64,000 nt of DNA from the UHGV virus genome UHGV-0248979. One strand, given 5' to 3'. This DNA is from a virus. Position 1 is the first letter of the stretch, and each line of letters opens with the position of its first letter. A program made the translations under genes and the position numbers. This document shows positions 19,431 to 28,929 of the stretch, one piece after another. The notes under the pieces were generated by a model, which was not told the DNA's origin, made no database searches, and was given only the letters and a program-made list of their open reading frames with translations.

Positions 19431-20099
19431 CTATCTAAGAATATTTTTAATGAAAAAAGGATCGGCTGTAAACTCCTTCACTTGTGAGTCATAACCCGAA
19501 TGTATTTGATCGCTACTGAGCAAATACTGGTCTAGGTCGTGCGGAAGAATCCAAGAATCACCTTGCTTAAAAATACCATAATCTGCTGTTCCTGCGGAAA
19601 AAATGATTTCCTCTGGAAACGAATAGACACGGCGTAAGGCAAGATCGGATGGCTTTAACACGATTAATCGAACGGGATGTTGACTGACTGCCTCTTTAAT
19701 AAACTGTTCACGATTAAACCAAATTATTTTTTCGGGGTAAGTTTCGAATTCAGCCCATGCCCGCGTGATAACTAATTTGGAAATCTTTCTCAATTCTTCA
19801 GAACGCTCTGCGTAGCCGATGCACTCCTTGCGTACTTCATGATTTTCTATCGATGTTGTGAATTTTTGGAATAGGTGTTGTTGGAAAAAGCCGTTCTCCG
19901 GGATATCACAACCCGCGTTGTATAGTGCAATGATCTCCCACAACAACGAAAGAGAAAACACAAATGCTAACTTTTCCACAACTTCCCAATCTTCGGAGTA
20001 AGGGGCTTTAAAGCCCCAATACTGCCGTGCGTTATACATAAAGTGAGTTTGTAAAAACCGAGGGGCTTTTGACAAGACCTCACTATAAACGATCAGCAT
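19431..20099 (-). CDS. hypothetical protein (222 aa)
   Basis: ORF. Confidence 0.5.
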   Translation of the reverse strand: MLIVYSEVLSKAPRFLQTHFMYNARQYWGFKAPYSEDWEVVEKLAFVFSLSLLWEIIALYNAGCDIPENGFFQQHLFQKFTTSIENHEVRKECIGYAERSEELRKISKLVITRAWAEFETYPEKIIWFNREQFIKEAVSQHPVRLIVLKPSDLALRRVYSFPEEIIFSAGTADYGIFKQGDSWILPHDLDQYLLSSDQIHSGYDSQVKEFTADPFFIKNILR

Positions 20100-21613
20100 T
20101 CAAGCTCCTTATCCGTCAATATTCGTTTGTTTGAATAATAGCCGCACCACAAACCATGATATTTTTCCCCGATATAAACCAACGCGTATTCGATATACTG
20201 CCGTTCTGGACGACGTACAGCCACGTAAAACCGCCCTTCCGGTTCTTTGATACGGTTGATTTCCGTACGCGTCGGTATGTCGATACCTCGAGTAAGGATA
20301 GCTTTAACCTTGTTTTTACTACCAGGGATCTTGATGGTTACGTCAAAACCTTTATCTACGTTACGATAAATGTCTTTCTTCGGCTTACCTTTCTCATCGT
20401 AAAGTACGTCAGTAATGTCATTCAACACTACTGAGTTTTTCCCTTCCATGGCATCGCGTAACCAACCTGCAAGCTCATCACGAATCGCAATACAACGATA
20501 AGATAATAGCGCAGGACGAAGAATTCGTGTAATCGAAAGATCTTCAAACATCCACAGGTTTTTGTCTTCACTAAAATGCATCCGATCGATAGGAATGCCG
20601 TTAGCAGCGGCTTCTGCGAACTTCTTGCGCTTTACGAATAAGTTAAAAACAACGGCGATTGGATCAAATTGACGTAAACGGGGCACCCCTTCCCACGCTT
20701 TCGCAGAATGGGTATTTACCAACTCGTATACGTTATCCCACGGTTCTTTGGTAAACATTACGCAGAATTGTGCATCTGGAATGTACTTACCAACGAAGAC
20801 GATATCATCCTTCTGTTTTGCGTGGTTTCCACCGAACATGTAATAAAGTTTATTACCGTTAACTGTAACAGTGGGGTGAGGCTCGTTCACCATCGGGTAA
20901 CAGAACTTCGTAACACAGATATCGGGAAAAGTGGACAAATTGACACCCTCACCAACAACTTCCGGTTGCTGTTCTTCCTCAGGCAGTTCGTCTTTTGACC
21001 AATACGGTGTATAGTCTAACCCCTCCCCTCGGGCAGAGATAATTGAGCCTTTCCGCGCTAACTCGTCTGCGCGTTCGTTTCCATAACGTCCAGAGTGGCC
21101 TTTAATTTTAAGGACACGAACACCTTTCCCTTCTTTCTTTAAGCGCTGTTTAACCACCCACATCCGTTGGATTAATTCCAGATTCGCAATAGGTGTACCG
21201 TCCGCACGACGCCAACCACGTGCTGCCCAACCATCAATCCAGTCGTTATACGTGTTGACAACGTAAGATGCGTCGATATAGATAACGTAGTTTTTGGCAA
21301 CGAAGGGGGCGTGTTCGAAGACGGTCAGGAAAGCCACGAGTTCTGCAACGTCGGAGTGTGACATTTTTGGTACAGGAACAACTCCGTCAATAAACTCCAC
21401 GGTTTCTGGTAAAGGCGGAAGTTTTTCATCTTTGTTTATCTGGCGGTATCCTGACGTCGTAATCCCCTCGGGAATAGTGGGATGGCGGTAAACCCGACCA
21501 TCCTCAATCGCTTCACGATTAAATAAGTATCCATGAATCCCCGCCCCTGTACCGAGCGGGGAAGTCAAATGGCTACCGTCCGTGTAAATTACTGCAACAT
21601 CAACGTTCTTCAT
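20093..21613 (-). CDS. RNase H (type 1) domain fused to a ~300-aa C-terminal domain of unknown function (506 aa)
   Basis: N-terminal VAVIYTDGS, conserved E, IYIDASYV, and KIKGHSGRYGNERADELARKG match RNase HI catalytic motifs. Confidence 0.75.
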   Translation of the reverse strand: MKNVDVAVIYTDGSHLTSPLGTGAGIHGYLFNREAIEDGRVYRHPTIPEGITTSGYRQINKDEKLPPLPETVEFIDGVVPVPKMSHSDVAELVAFLTVFEHAPFVAKNYVIYIDASYVVNTYNDWIDGWAARGWRRADGTPIANLELIQRMWVVKQRLKKEGKGVRVLKIKGHSGRYGNERADELARKGSIISARGEGLDYTPYWSKDELPEEEQQPEVVGEGVNLSTFPDICVTKFCYPMVNEPHPTVTVNGNKLYYMFGGNHAKQKDDIVFVGKYIPDAQFCVMFTKEPWDNVYELVNTHSAKAWEGVPRLRQFDPIAVVFNLFVKRKKFAEAAANGIPIDRMHFSEDKNLWMFEDLSITRILRPALLSYRCIAIRDELAGWLRDAMEGKNSVVLNDITDVLYDEKGKPKKDIYRNVDKGFDVTIKIPGSKNKVKAILTRGIDIPTRTEINRIKEPEGRFYVAVRRPERQYIEYALVYIGEKYHGLWCGYYSNKRILTDKELEC

Positions 21614-21615
21614 TC

Positions 21616-22350
21616 TTAATCCCTGGTTAATTGATCACGAATCTGCGGCGCAACATACTCGCCAGTTTTCAGTTCTTCGTGACAGGCTTTGGCGCGTTCA
21701 AACCCGTATTGGCGGGTGACCAAAGCGAGGTGATAAATACGTGCCGTGGTGTAGGCTTCTTTTGCTGCATCCCACATTGCGTGGTGCTCAAAAGCGGGCT
21801 TACCGCGTGTCCAATAAACTTGCTCTACCGTTAAGTCGGGTTCGAAACCAAACGCAAAAGCTAAACGCTCTGCGGTACGATCGCTATCCAACGCACTAAA
21901 TTTACGGAACTTCCCTGGCGGAATATCGCATTGTGCGAAAGCGTTTATGAAAATCGGCGCATCGAAGTCGGGACCGCGCATGGTAATAACAAACTCATGT
22001 TTTGCGGTGATCTCCCCGAGCCATTTTTGCATCGCCCACAGAGCATCAGGCAATGCTGTTGTTCCACCCCATGCTTCCGCATAGGCTTCACGAGACGGCG
22101 CGTATTCAGGTTCGCCTTTACCTTCCCACCATCCAACCGTTTGTGGGTCTTCGTGGAAAATAGCTTTTGCTTTAGGGTCATTAGGATCGATACGGATGTA
22201 TGAGGAACCAACCATTTTCAAGGTAGGGACGTCAAACGCCACTAAACCTGCACTCAACAGATAAGCGTCGGGACGTAACGATTTGGTTTCTGCATCGGCA
22301 CCAATAACCAACGTCGGTGTGTACGGGGTGATAATTTTTGGGTAGGTCAT
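21616..22350 (-). CDS. DEDDh-type 3'-5' exonuclease (DnaQ-like) (244 aa)
   Basis: Exo I-like LVIGADAET near N-terminus and Exo III-like HHAMWDA motif. Confidence 0.65.
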   Translation of the reverse strand: MTYPKIITPYTPTLVIGADAETKSLRPDAYLLSAGLVAFDVPTLKMVGSSYIRIDPNDPKAKAIFHEDPQTVGWWEGKGEPEYAPSREAYAEAWGGTTALPDALWAMQKWLGEITAKHEFVITMRGPDFDAPIFINAFAQCDIPPGKFRKFSALDSDRTAERLAFAFGFEPDLTVEQVYWTRGKPAFEHHAMWDAAKEAYTTARIYHLALVTRQYGFERAKACHEELKTGEYVAPQIRDQLTRD

Positions 22351-22405
22351 GTTGAATTCTCCTGTTAGTCTACATTAAAATAGTCGTAAACGTTAAAAAG
22401 AAAGG

Positions 22406-22434
22406 CCCTCCTGTACCTCGAAGGGTACAGGAGG
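22406..22434 (-). terminator. hairpin CCCTCCTGTACC...GGTACAGGAGGG
   Basis: 12-bp stem, A-rich upstream on plus strand. Confidence 0.5.
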
Positions 22435-22439
22435 GAGTG

Positions 22440-22898
22440 TCAGTACAAACACGATGTCAAGTATTGGTTATACGAATCGAGCAGTGCCTGACGGTCGGAA
22501 CGGTAATTCCACAACAAATTATTGAGTTTACGCGATAAATCACGGCTAATCTCCTGGGCCGTTAAAGAGCTCTCATCAAGAAACATGCGCTCAGGTACAA
22601 CGTGTAATTTCGGTAACTCATAGCGTTCACAAAGTGGAGCCAACATTGGTGGACTCCAGCCACGTTTAGCGGCTTGCTGGTTTAAATTTCGTGTGTAGAC
22701 ATAAACGTAATAAGCATAGGTGTTGACATCTGCAACATACTCACGCATTGCATTCTTGTCAATTTTCCAATTCACCATTATTGGCGGTTCAGGAGGAAGT
22801 TCCAGTGGTCTATAAGCTGGACGTTTAACTTCGTCACCGTAGCTATTACTCACCAACCCCACGAACACTACCATGATGAATAATAGCATTTTCATCAA
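22440..22898 (-). CDS. secreted hypothetical protein with signal peptide (152 aa)
   Basis: N-terminal MMKMLLFIMVVFVGLVSNSYG hydrophobic signal. Confidence 0.55.
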   Translation of the reverse strand: MMKMLLFIMVVFVGLVSNSYGDEVKRPAYRPLELPPEPPIMVNWKIDKNAMREYVADVNTYAYYVYVYTRNLNQQAAKRGWSPPMLAPLCERYELPKLHVVPERMFLDESSLTAQEISRDLSRKLNNLLWNYRSDRQALLDSYNQYLTSCLY

Positions 22899-23402
22899 TC
22901 ACTCCTTAGAAGACGATAGCGTCTTTATGATCTCCTGTCGAAAACTGTTCGCGTTTAAATTACCAACAGGTCTCGCCGAAGCCTCTTTACGTTGTTCTGG
23001 TGTTGAAGCCGGATTAACAGGAGTTTCTGGTTTTGCCGAGGACAGATCCTTCGTCGTACCGCTCGCTTTCGATGAATTAAACGTGCTTTCATATGGCGGT
23101 TTCTGGCCGAGGCAAACGAAGAGTCTGTCGTATAACTTATCATTATCTTCTTTTAGTTTATCTCGATCTTGTTTCATCTCTTGGTAAGACTGTGACATAT
23201 AAGTGTCATGAGACTGCACTGCAACGAGCGCGTGAAACTGTTGTACATAGGCGTAGGAGACGAAGCCAGAATACGACAACAAGATCGTGATGATTAAAGT
23301 CATTATCTTGCTTGCTCTTGATACGTTTTCTCCTTCTCCTGGTTTAAATGCTTCCATTAACATCTGAAGGAAGAACGGAAGCACTTTAAAAAATGAACCC
23401 AT
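22899..23402 (-). CDS. membrane protein (167 aa)
   Basis: Hydrophobic segment IMTLIITILLSYSGFVSYAYV followed by charged coiled region. Confidence 0.5.
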   Translation of the reverse strand: MGSFFKVLPFFLQMLMEAFKPGEGENVSRASKIMTLIITILLSYSGFVSYAYVQQFHALVAVQSHDTYMSQSYQEMKQDRDKLKEDNDKLYDRLFVCLGQKPPYESTFNSSKASGTTKDLSSAKPETPVNPASTPEQRKEASARPVGNLNANSFRQEIIKTLSSSKE

Positions 23403-23427
23403 TGCTCACCTCGGAGTATTTTTAATT

Positions 23428-24801
23428 ATGTTAGACTTACAAGGTTTTATTCAGATACCGGCACTGTTTGACAATCAGGACGGCGTCACCGCTCCGGTGG
23501 GCGAGCTGTCGGATTTGACACTCTCGTACGCGAAGAGTAAACAGACGTTTACCAAAACCAATTTGCAAGTTCAATTGGTGACTTTTACGTCTAAACGAGA
23601 AAAACAGACGGTTGTTGTACCAGCCGAATTTTCTGATCATATTCTAACCGTTTCTCAATGGATATACCAGCAAGCCATCTTGGGGAATCTGAGAAATGAC
23701 GAACTTGAATTCCAGCGCCTGTTACTAGGACAATTCCAATCAACCATTTCTGGCGTTCAGTCCGGTGCGATGATTCAGACGAACAGTAATTGGTTCCCAC
23801 GCTGGGTGAGCTGGAAATATGAAGCAACAGCAGATCAAGTACAAGATGACACTGATGTAGATAATCAGATCATTGTTTGGTTCTCGGATGAAGACTTCGA
23901 TCAAGATTACACAGGGTTCGAAATCGAAGTGCAGATGCCGATTTCACCAATCGACACATTTTTGTCGACCAAGTCAGTCGTTGAAAAGGCGATGGAAGGG
24001 TTTAACCTTACCGAACACCATAAGAAAATCAATGAGTTAATGGCAGGATTTCCTTACACCGCTATCCAAACCAACTACTATACTTGGCACGATAAAGAAA
24101 ACTACGAGTCCACCCTAGTTGTCCCAATGTCGGTTATTATTTACGGCCGCGCGGGAAAAAACCCAACGAAAATAAAGCAAGCATTGCGAGAACATATTCT
24201 TGCCAATTCTAGCTTTACTGTCCCCGTCGGGGTAAAGGTATTTCCTGAAATTTTCACTACCACGAAATTTACAATTGTTCCTGGATGGAAAATTCGTGGA
24301 ATACCTAATGAGGAAGACGTAGCGGCGCTTTATTCCCCTATCCTTCCATATGATTTCTGGGTCAAAGCTATCAGTCGGTTTGGAGAATGGGCAGACCTGA
24401 CGGTAGCGGAAAGAAATACTAAAACGATCAGTAAGCCTACGACAGATGTAACTGACTTACCAACCGTTTATAAATCATTAAACTGTGTTGTAATCAGTGG
24501 GCCGGAAAATGATACGCGGAAAGCGACCTTACACGAAACTATCCCGGATTATGCGTTAATTGCGACGACTAACCCTGATATTGCACGTATGTCGAAAACA
24601 ACGACCGAATGGTTGGCGTTATTCTTCCAGGCACTTATTGCTGCGGAAGAATACCACCCGTATCAAACCAGCTTAGACATTGTAAAACTGGTCGATGAGG
24701 CAGACCCTGATAACTATTTCTGGGTATTTGAGTACGATAATGTGGAATATCGAATCCTGTCTCGGAAAGCGAAATGGTACAGCGAGTTAGACAAGGAGTA
24801 A
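23428..24801 (+). CDS. hypothetical protein (457 aa), possibly structural
   Basis: Plus-strand ORF with GGAG RBS. Confidence 0.55.
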   Translation: MLDLQGFIQIPALFDNQDGVTAPVGELSDLTLSYAKSKQTFTKTNLQVQLVTFTSKREKQTVVVPAEFSDHILTVSQWIYQQAILGNLRNDELEFQRLLLGQFQSTISGVQSGAMIQTNSNWFPRWVSWKYEATADQVQDDTDVDNQIIVWFSDEDFDQDYTGFEIEVQMPISPIDTFLSTKSVVEKAMEGFNLTEHHKKINELMAGFPYTAIQTNYYTWHDKENYESTLVVPMSVIIYGRAGKNPTKIKQALREHILANSSFTVPVGVKVFPEIFTTTKFTIVPGWKIRGIPNEEDVAALYSPILPYDFWVKAISRFGEWADLTVAERNTKTISKPTTDVTDLPTVYKSLNCVVISGPENDTRKATLHETIPDYALIATTNPDIARMSKTTTEWLALFFQALIAAEEYHPYQTSLDIVKLVDEADPDNYFWVFEYDNVEYRILSRKAKWYSELDKE

Positions 24802-24804
24802 TGA

Positions 24805-25428
24805 ATGGCTACGCGTTTACCACTACAGGTACCAGTCAACACCACGGGTCTGTTTAAAGTAAAAACACCATTTACTTTAGCCGAGACAGTCATTTATACG
24901 GTAGAGGCATCGCGTACCTTCCCAGATTTAGTACGTCAGAATATCGACGTTTATAATTCGTATTACCAGCCAGCAGGGCTAGGGCGTGAAGAATATTTAG
25001 CAGATGCGAATGTTAGTGCGTCGATTTTGACATTTAAATCTCGTGATGGTCAAGTTGTATACATACCTGACACCTACCTGGAATCGTACCCAGGTTTATC
25101 CGGGATCACGTATCAACGAAATGTGTTAGTGGTAGATTTGGCACTAGTACCGGATTACGTGAAAGTGTCGTCTATAACAAAAGACGTTTCAGATATTCTC
25201 ACGCATACTCTGGGGATTGAACCGAAAGTTGAAATTACAACTCTCGAGTATGAGGGGAAGGTAACGGAGGAACAACACTTGCAGATGGAAGCGGCACGAA
25301 AAAATAAAATTCGTGAGTCTATTCCGTTGGGCGAGAAAGTTGCTGCGTTGACAGAAGAAAACAAAAAATTAAAAGAGTTAAACAACCAAATGTTAGAGAT
25401 TCTTAAAGCTAACGGGTTAGTTAACTAA
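24805..25428 (+). CDS. hypothetical protein with C-terminal coiled coil (207 aa)
   Basis: ORF immediately following previous gene; followed by terminator. Confidence 0.55.
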   Translation: MATRLPLQVPVNTTGLFKVKTPFTLAETVIYTVEASRTFPDLVRQNIDVYNSYYQPAGLGREEYLADANVSASILTFKSRDGQVVYIPDTYLESYPGLSGITYQRNVLVVDLALVPDYVKVSSITKDVSDILTHTLGIEPKVEITTLEYEGKVTEEQHLQMEAARKNKIRESIPLGEKVAALTEENKKLKELNNQMLEILKANGLVN

Positions 25429-25436
25429 AAAAGATT

Positions 25437-25460
25437 ACCCTACTCCTTCGGGAGTAGGGT
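25437..25460. terminator. bidirectional terminator hairpin CCCTACTCC-TTCG-GGAGTAGGG
   Basis: 9-bp stem with TTCG tetraloop; A-run upstream, T-run downstream. Confidence 0.65.
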
Positions 25461-25470
25461 AGCTTTTATT

Positions 25471-26019
25471 TTAAATGTCGACTTCTAGTTTACGGTAATC
25501 GATGACGCCTTGAGCAATCATAGCAGCAACATCGTTCCAAGTACGAAAAATGAAGTAAACGGTATCCCCGTTTAAATAGATATTGGATTCTTTATCCGGG
25601 AAATCATCTTCGCTAAGGTAATAGTAGGGCCTGTCGAATGGGAAGTCGCGTTCATCAGAGGAGCCAAGTACCGCATAACGATTGCCACAATCAAACAGAA
25701 TCTTCCAACCAGACATTTCACTATTAATGTCAATACGATCGGCGATTTCAACGGTAATAGGGGAATGATCAAGAAAACTGATTGTAATATCACCGTTATA
25801 ACGCTTGAATCGCCAAATATCTGTAGGTACGATTTCAGACGCCGCTATAAGGGAATAAAGTTGTGTTGAGGTGATCTTTTTGTAAACGTTAGTTCCATCT
25901 CCAAAATGGTTATATAAGAAATTAGCCAGGAAATTTATATCCTTTAAACGTGTGCGGAAAACAGAACCACGGCGAATACCGTAAGCCAGATGAGTTAAAT
26001 ATTCAGACGATGGAAACAT
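25471..26019 (-). CDS. hypothetical protein, paralog of the 26081-27025 gene (182 aa)
   Basis: N-termini alike: MFPSSEYLTHLAYGIRRGSVFRTRLKDINFLANFLYNHF vs MTFPSEVIYTLANIFRRSHNFPIFRKSVDVTADFLYNYL. Confidence 0.5.
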   Translation of the reverse strand: MFPSSEYLTHLAYGIRRGSVFRTRLKDINFLANFLYNHFGDGTNVYKKITSTQLYSLIAASEIVPTDIWRFKRYNGDITISFLDHSPITVEIADRIDINSEMSGWKILFDCGNRYAVLGSSDERDFPFDRPYYYLSEDDFPDKESNIYLNGDTVYFIFRTWNDVAAMIAQGVIDYRKLEVDI

Positions 26020-26049
26020 TTTAATACTCCTAAGATGGAAAAAGAATTA

Positions 26050-26073
26050 ACCCTACTCCCGGAGGAGTAGGGG
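26050..26073 (-). terminator. hairpin CCCTACTCC-CGGA-GGAGTAGGG (hairpin family member)
   Basis: 9-bp stem, between paralogous genes. Confidence 0.45.
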
Positions 26074-26080
26074 TCTTAGA

Positions 26081-27025
26081 TTATTTTTTGGTTTGGCCCA
26101 GCTTTTCAAGAACCAGTTCACGAATGTACTTTTGAGTACGTTTCTTCGGTGGTAAAGCCATAAGTGTGTCAACAATTTCCTGGCCACCGATAACCTTGCT
26201 GACGAGTTGTTGAACTTGGAAGAGTTCTGCTTCTTCGTCGCTAATTTCGTTAGCTTGGTCTTTCTGACACAATGCTTCTACCAGGTCAGCTACGGATATT
26301 TCATTTTCGTCACCAGGGAAATCCAGGTTTAACGATTCGAAAACATCGCGTTTAACGAGCACAGATTTCAGATCGTCGTAGTTTTCACAGACGGCGACTT
26401 CTGTGCCAGGTACCGCCGGTTCATTGTACGCAGCAAACAAATCTTCCATTACTTTCTGATTGTGCTCTACTTTCAAAGCGTGGAAAGTTTTGGAGGCGCT
26501 GGTTAAAACGTAACCAATTTGCGGCCAGCTGCTCAGAATGAAGCAAACCGTGTTTCCAGTTAGACCGATATTGCCCTGACGTGCGTCAAAAAAGATTTCT
26601 TCGGTGCGAGAAATCTGTCCAAGTTCGAAATAGGTTTCTTTTTTGGCCGCGACGACTTCATACTGATTCTTACCCTGCTCTACAACAACTAACCAGTTAC
26701 CAAGAATTTCGTGTTGGTAGTTTGATACGGAAAGTGACTCGTTGCCCGCGTGCGGCTTAATGTCAATGGACGCCCGACGCATACCCATTGAGAAGTTGAA
26801 CTTAACCCCGTCATGATACGCTGAGGCGTAGTCGATCGGGATAATTTCCGAGACACGTTCGATATCCATAATTGTTTCCTGCGTAACACATGCAGGATCG
26901 GTACCAATTAGATAATTATACAGAAAGTCGGCTGTAACATCTACTGATTTCCGGAAGATTGGGAAATTATGGCTGCGACGGAAAATGTTAGCCAGTGTGT
27001 AAATTACTTCAGATGGAAAAGTCAT
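26081..27025 (-). CDS. hypothetical protein, paralog of the 25471-26019 gene (314 aa)
   Basis: Shared N-terminal domain, acidic C-terminal extension. Confidence 0.5.
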   Translation of the reverse strand: MTFPSEVIYTLANIFRRSHNFPIFRKSVDVTADFLYNYLIGTDPACVTQETIMDIERVSEIIPIDYASAYHDGVKFNFSMGMRRASIDIKPHAGNESLSVSNYQHEILGNWLVVVEQGKNQYEVVAAKKETYFELGQISRTEEIFFDARQGNIGLTGNTVCFILSSWPQIGYVLTSASKTFHALKVEHNQKVMEDLFAAYNEPAVPGTEVAVCENYDDLKSVLVKRDVFESLNLDFPGDENEISVADLVEALCQKDQANEISDEEAELFQVQQLVSKVIGGQEIVDTLMALPPKKRTQKYIRELVLEKLGQTKK

Positions 27026-27078
27026 TTTAATAGTCCTCTTTTAGGTTTGTTCAAATCAACTAAGGGTTATGTAAAAAG

Positions 27079-27558
27079 TTAAAACAGTGGTAAGTTACGC
27101 CATTGACCTACCGAGTAAAAAGCTTTTGGATGTTTGCGGATATACGCTTTCGCTTCTTCTGGCAACCAACGATCGCCTACCAGTTTTTGTTGCGCAACAA
27201 TTACCGCCAACAGTAAATACGGGTTTTTCGCACCGGGGAACTTTGCATTGGTTTCTAGCGCAATATCTAACATTGACGACCAGCCCAGTAATTTACGTTG
27301 CGCCGGTAAACGTCCTTCAATAAACATTAGCCAGTCCATGATTTGTCTGGGTTTATACGGACACGTATAATTCGCCCAACTCACCATGGCGAACTTAATA
27401 GCCTTCGCAATAACCCATACAGGAACTGCCACGAAAAGACAGAAAATGGTCAACTGTGAGGCAGGTGCATCGATAAAAGTAACCGCTACAAGAACCATAC
27501 ACAGTTCAAGCACCACAAACCAAAAACGTGTTGGATAACGCCAAATGAATTTTATCAT
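27079..27558 (-). CDS. membrane protein, two N-terminal TM helices (159 aa)
   Basis: Hydrophobic stretches FWFVVLELCMVLVAVTFI and LTIFCLFVAVPVWVIA. Confidence 0.5.
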   Translation of the reverse strand: MIKFIWRYPTRFWFVVLELCMVLVAVTFIDAPASQLTIFCLFVAVPVWVIAKAIKFAMVSWANYTCPYKPRQIMDWLMFIEGRLPAQRKLLGWSSMLDIALETNAKFPGAKNPYLLLAVIVAQQKLVGDRWLPEEAKAYIRKHPKAFYSVGQWRNLPLF

Positions 27559-27593
27559 ATCTCTGTTCCTTTAGGGAATGAAAATAAAATTAC

Positions 27594-27620
27594 CCCTTAC
27601 TCCGTAAAGGGTAAGGGGTA
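27594..27620 (-). terminator. hairpin CCCCTTAC...GTAAGGGG
   Basis: 8-bp stem, A-rich upstream on plus strand. Confidence 0.45.
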
Positions 27621-27624
27621 GAGA

Positions 27625-28134
27625 TTAGAAGAACGGCCGATTTGGAATGACAGCGTACTCTAAAATGAACATGTGCTCTGGGGCGTCTTCTTTACGCCAG
27701 ACTTTGTGTGTTAACACAAGTTTTTCCAGAATCGTTAGAAAACTACGCTGGCAGTATGTGTTTTCGCCAAGTAGCAGTTTCTGAAGTTCTACAGTAGCGT
27801 CCATATACGCCTGTTTAAAGACTAGGCTACGGTTATACTGTCCGGTAAAATTCCAAAGCAAGACTTTCCCTTCTTCGGTTTCTTTTACCGTTGGACGTAA
27901 ACCACAAATCCACAGCAAGGCAAGGTTGACGTTCCAGTCAAACTCTAAACCTTCCTCTTCGTCATCACCGAATGCTGTAGGTAAAGCATCGTAAAATTCG
28001 TGTTTCTCTGCGAATTCTTCATCCGATTTAATCTCGTCTTCGATGCTGCTTCGGACGATACCGTAAATGTCTTTCGCGGTTAGTTGTGCGGCTTTTGTAA
28101 TGCCTTTATACCAATCGGTTACAACGATGCTCAA
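27625..28134 (-). CDS. hypothetical protein (169 aa)
   Basis: ORF; start overlaps upstream stop. Confidence 0.5.
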   Translation of the reverse strand: MSIVVTDWYKGITKAAQLTAKDIYGIVRSSIEDEIKSDEEFAEKHEFYDALPTAFGDDEEEGLEFDWNVNLALLWICGLRPTVKETEEGKVLLWNFTGQYNRSLVFKQAYMDATVELQKLLLGENTYCQRSFLTILEKLVLTHKVWRKEDAPEHMFILEYAVIPNRPFF

Positions 28135-28829
28135 AGGGTAACTCCTCTATTGATTGGAAAACTCGTGTTTATCGTATCCCAAATTTTACTAACTTCCGCC
28201 AATTGAATCTGACGTGATGTTTTCTTCGCAAACGCAAGCTGACGTGGGGCCGAGCCCACAACAACAGGCACATCGATTTTCGCGCTATAGAACGCGGCAT
28301 CTTTCATAAAGCCTGCCATTTCTCGTTGTGCTGCTCGAGATTTGCTTTTGATTCGCGTGTGAGCGCCACTTTCACCCCAGTGGTAAGCTAACGCAACTTC
28401 AGCCATGGTGGGCTTGCGTTTGAGTCGTTTGGTTAACCCCTTCTCAAGATGTTTAACATACGCGGTAGCCAGCAAAACAGCGTTACGCGGATTATACAAA
28501 TCGGCGTTCTGACTAAGACCTAATTCTTTTCCATAAAGCTTTAGCAGACTACGCTTGGTACTTGGAAGCATCTGTACCAGGCTGTGTGCCCGTGAGCTTT
28601 TGTTGTAAGCCTTGGGATCAAAACGTGATTCGCGATAAATCAGCGTAATCATCAGCTTAGGATCAACGCCTTGCTTTCGTGAGATTTCCACAATTAACGG
28701 ACTGACTTTTTCGAACCGATGTTGGATTTGTGTAAACTCACGCTGATGTTTAGTTTGTGGCGTTGACGTTGACGCCTGTGCGTTAAACGCGAAAAGTGTT
28801 ACCAGTAAAAGAAAGAAGATACGAAACAT
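28131..28829 (-). CDS. secreted lytic transglycosylase (SLT domain) with signal peptide (232 aa)
   Basis: Signal peptide MFRIFFLLLVTLFAFNAQAS; SLT-like YRESRFDPKAYNKSSRAHSLVQMLPST; start moved to ATG with SD GGAGA. Confidence 0.65.
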   Translation of the reverse strand: MFRIFFLLLVTLFAFNAQASTSTPQTKHQREFTQIQHRFEKVSPLIVEISRKQGVDPKLMITLIYRESRFDPKAYNKSSRAHSLVQMLPSTKRSLLKLYGKELGLSQNADLYNPRNAVLLATAYVKHLEKGLTKRLKRKPTMAEVALAYHWGESGAHTRIKSKSRAAQREMAGFMKDAAFYSAKIDVPVVVGSAPRQLAFAKKTSRQIQLAEVSKIWDTINTSFPINRGVTL

Positions 28830-28929
28830 TTTGTTTCTCCAGTTGGATTTATACATTTCCGTATTCCGTAAGACGAAATGACGGCGCGGACAGCTAATAC
28901 TCCTTTGTTGTGTGCCCTAATGATAATAT

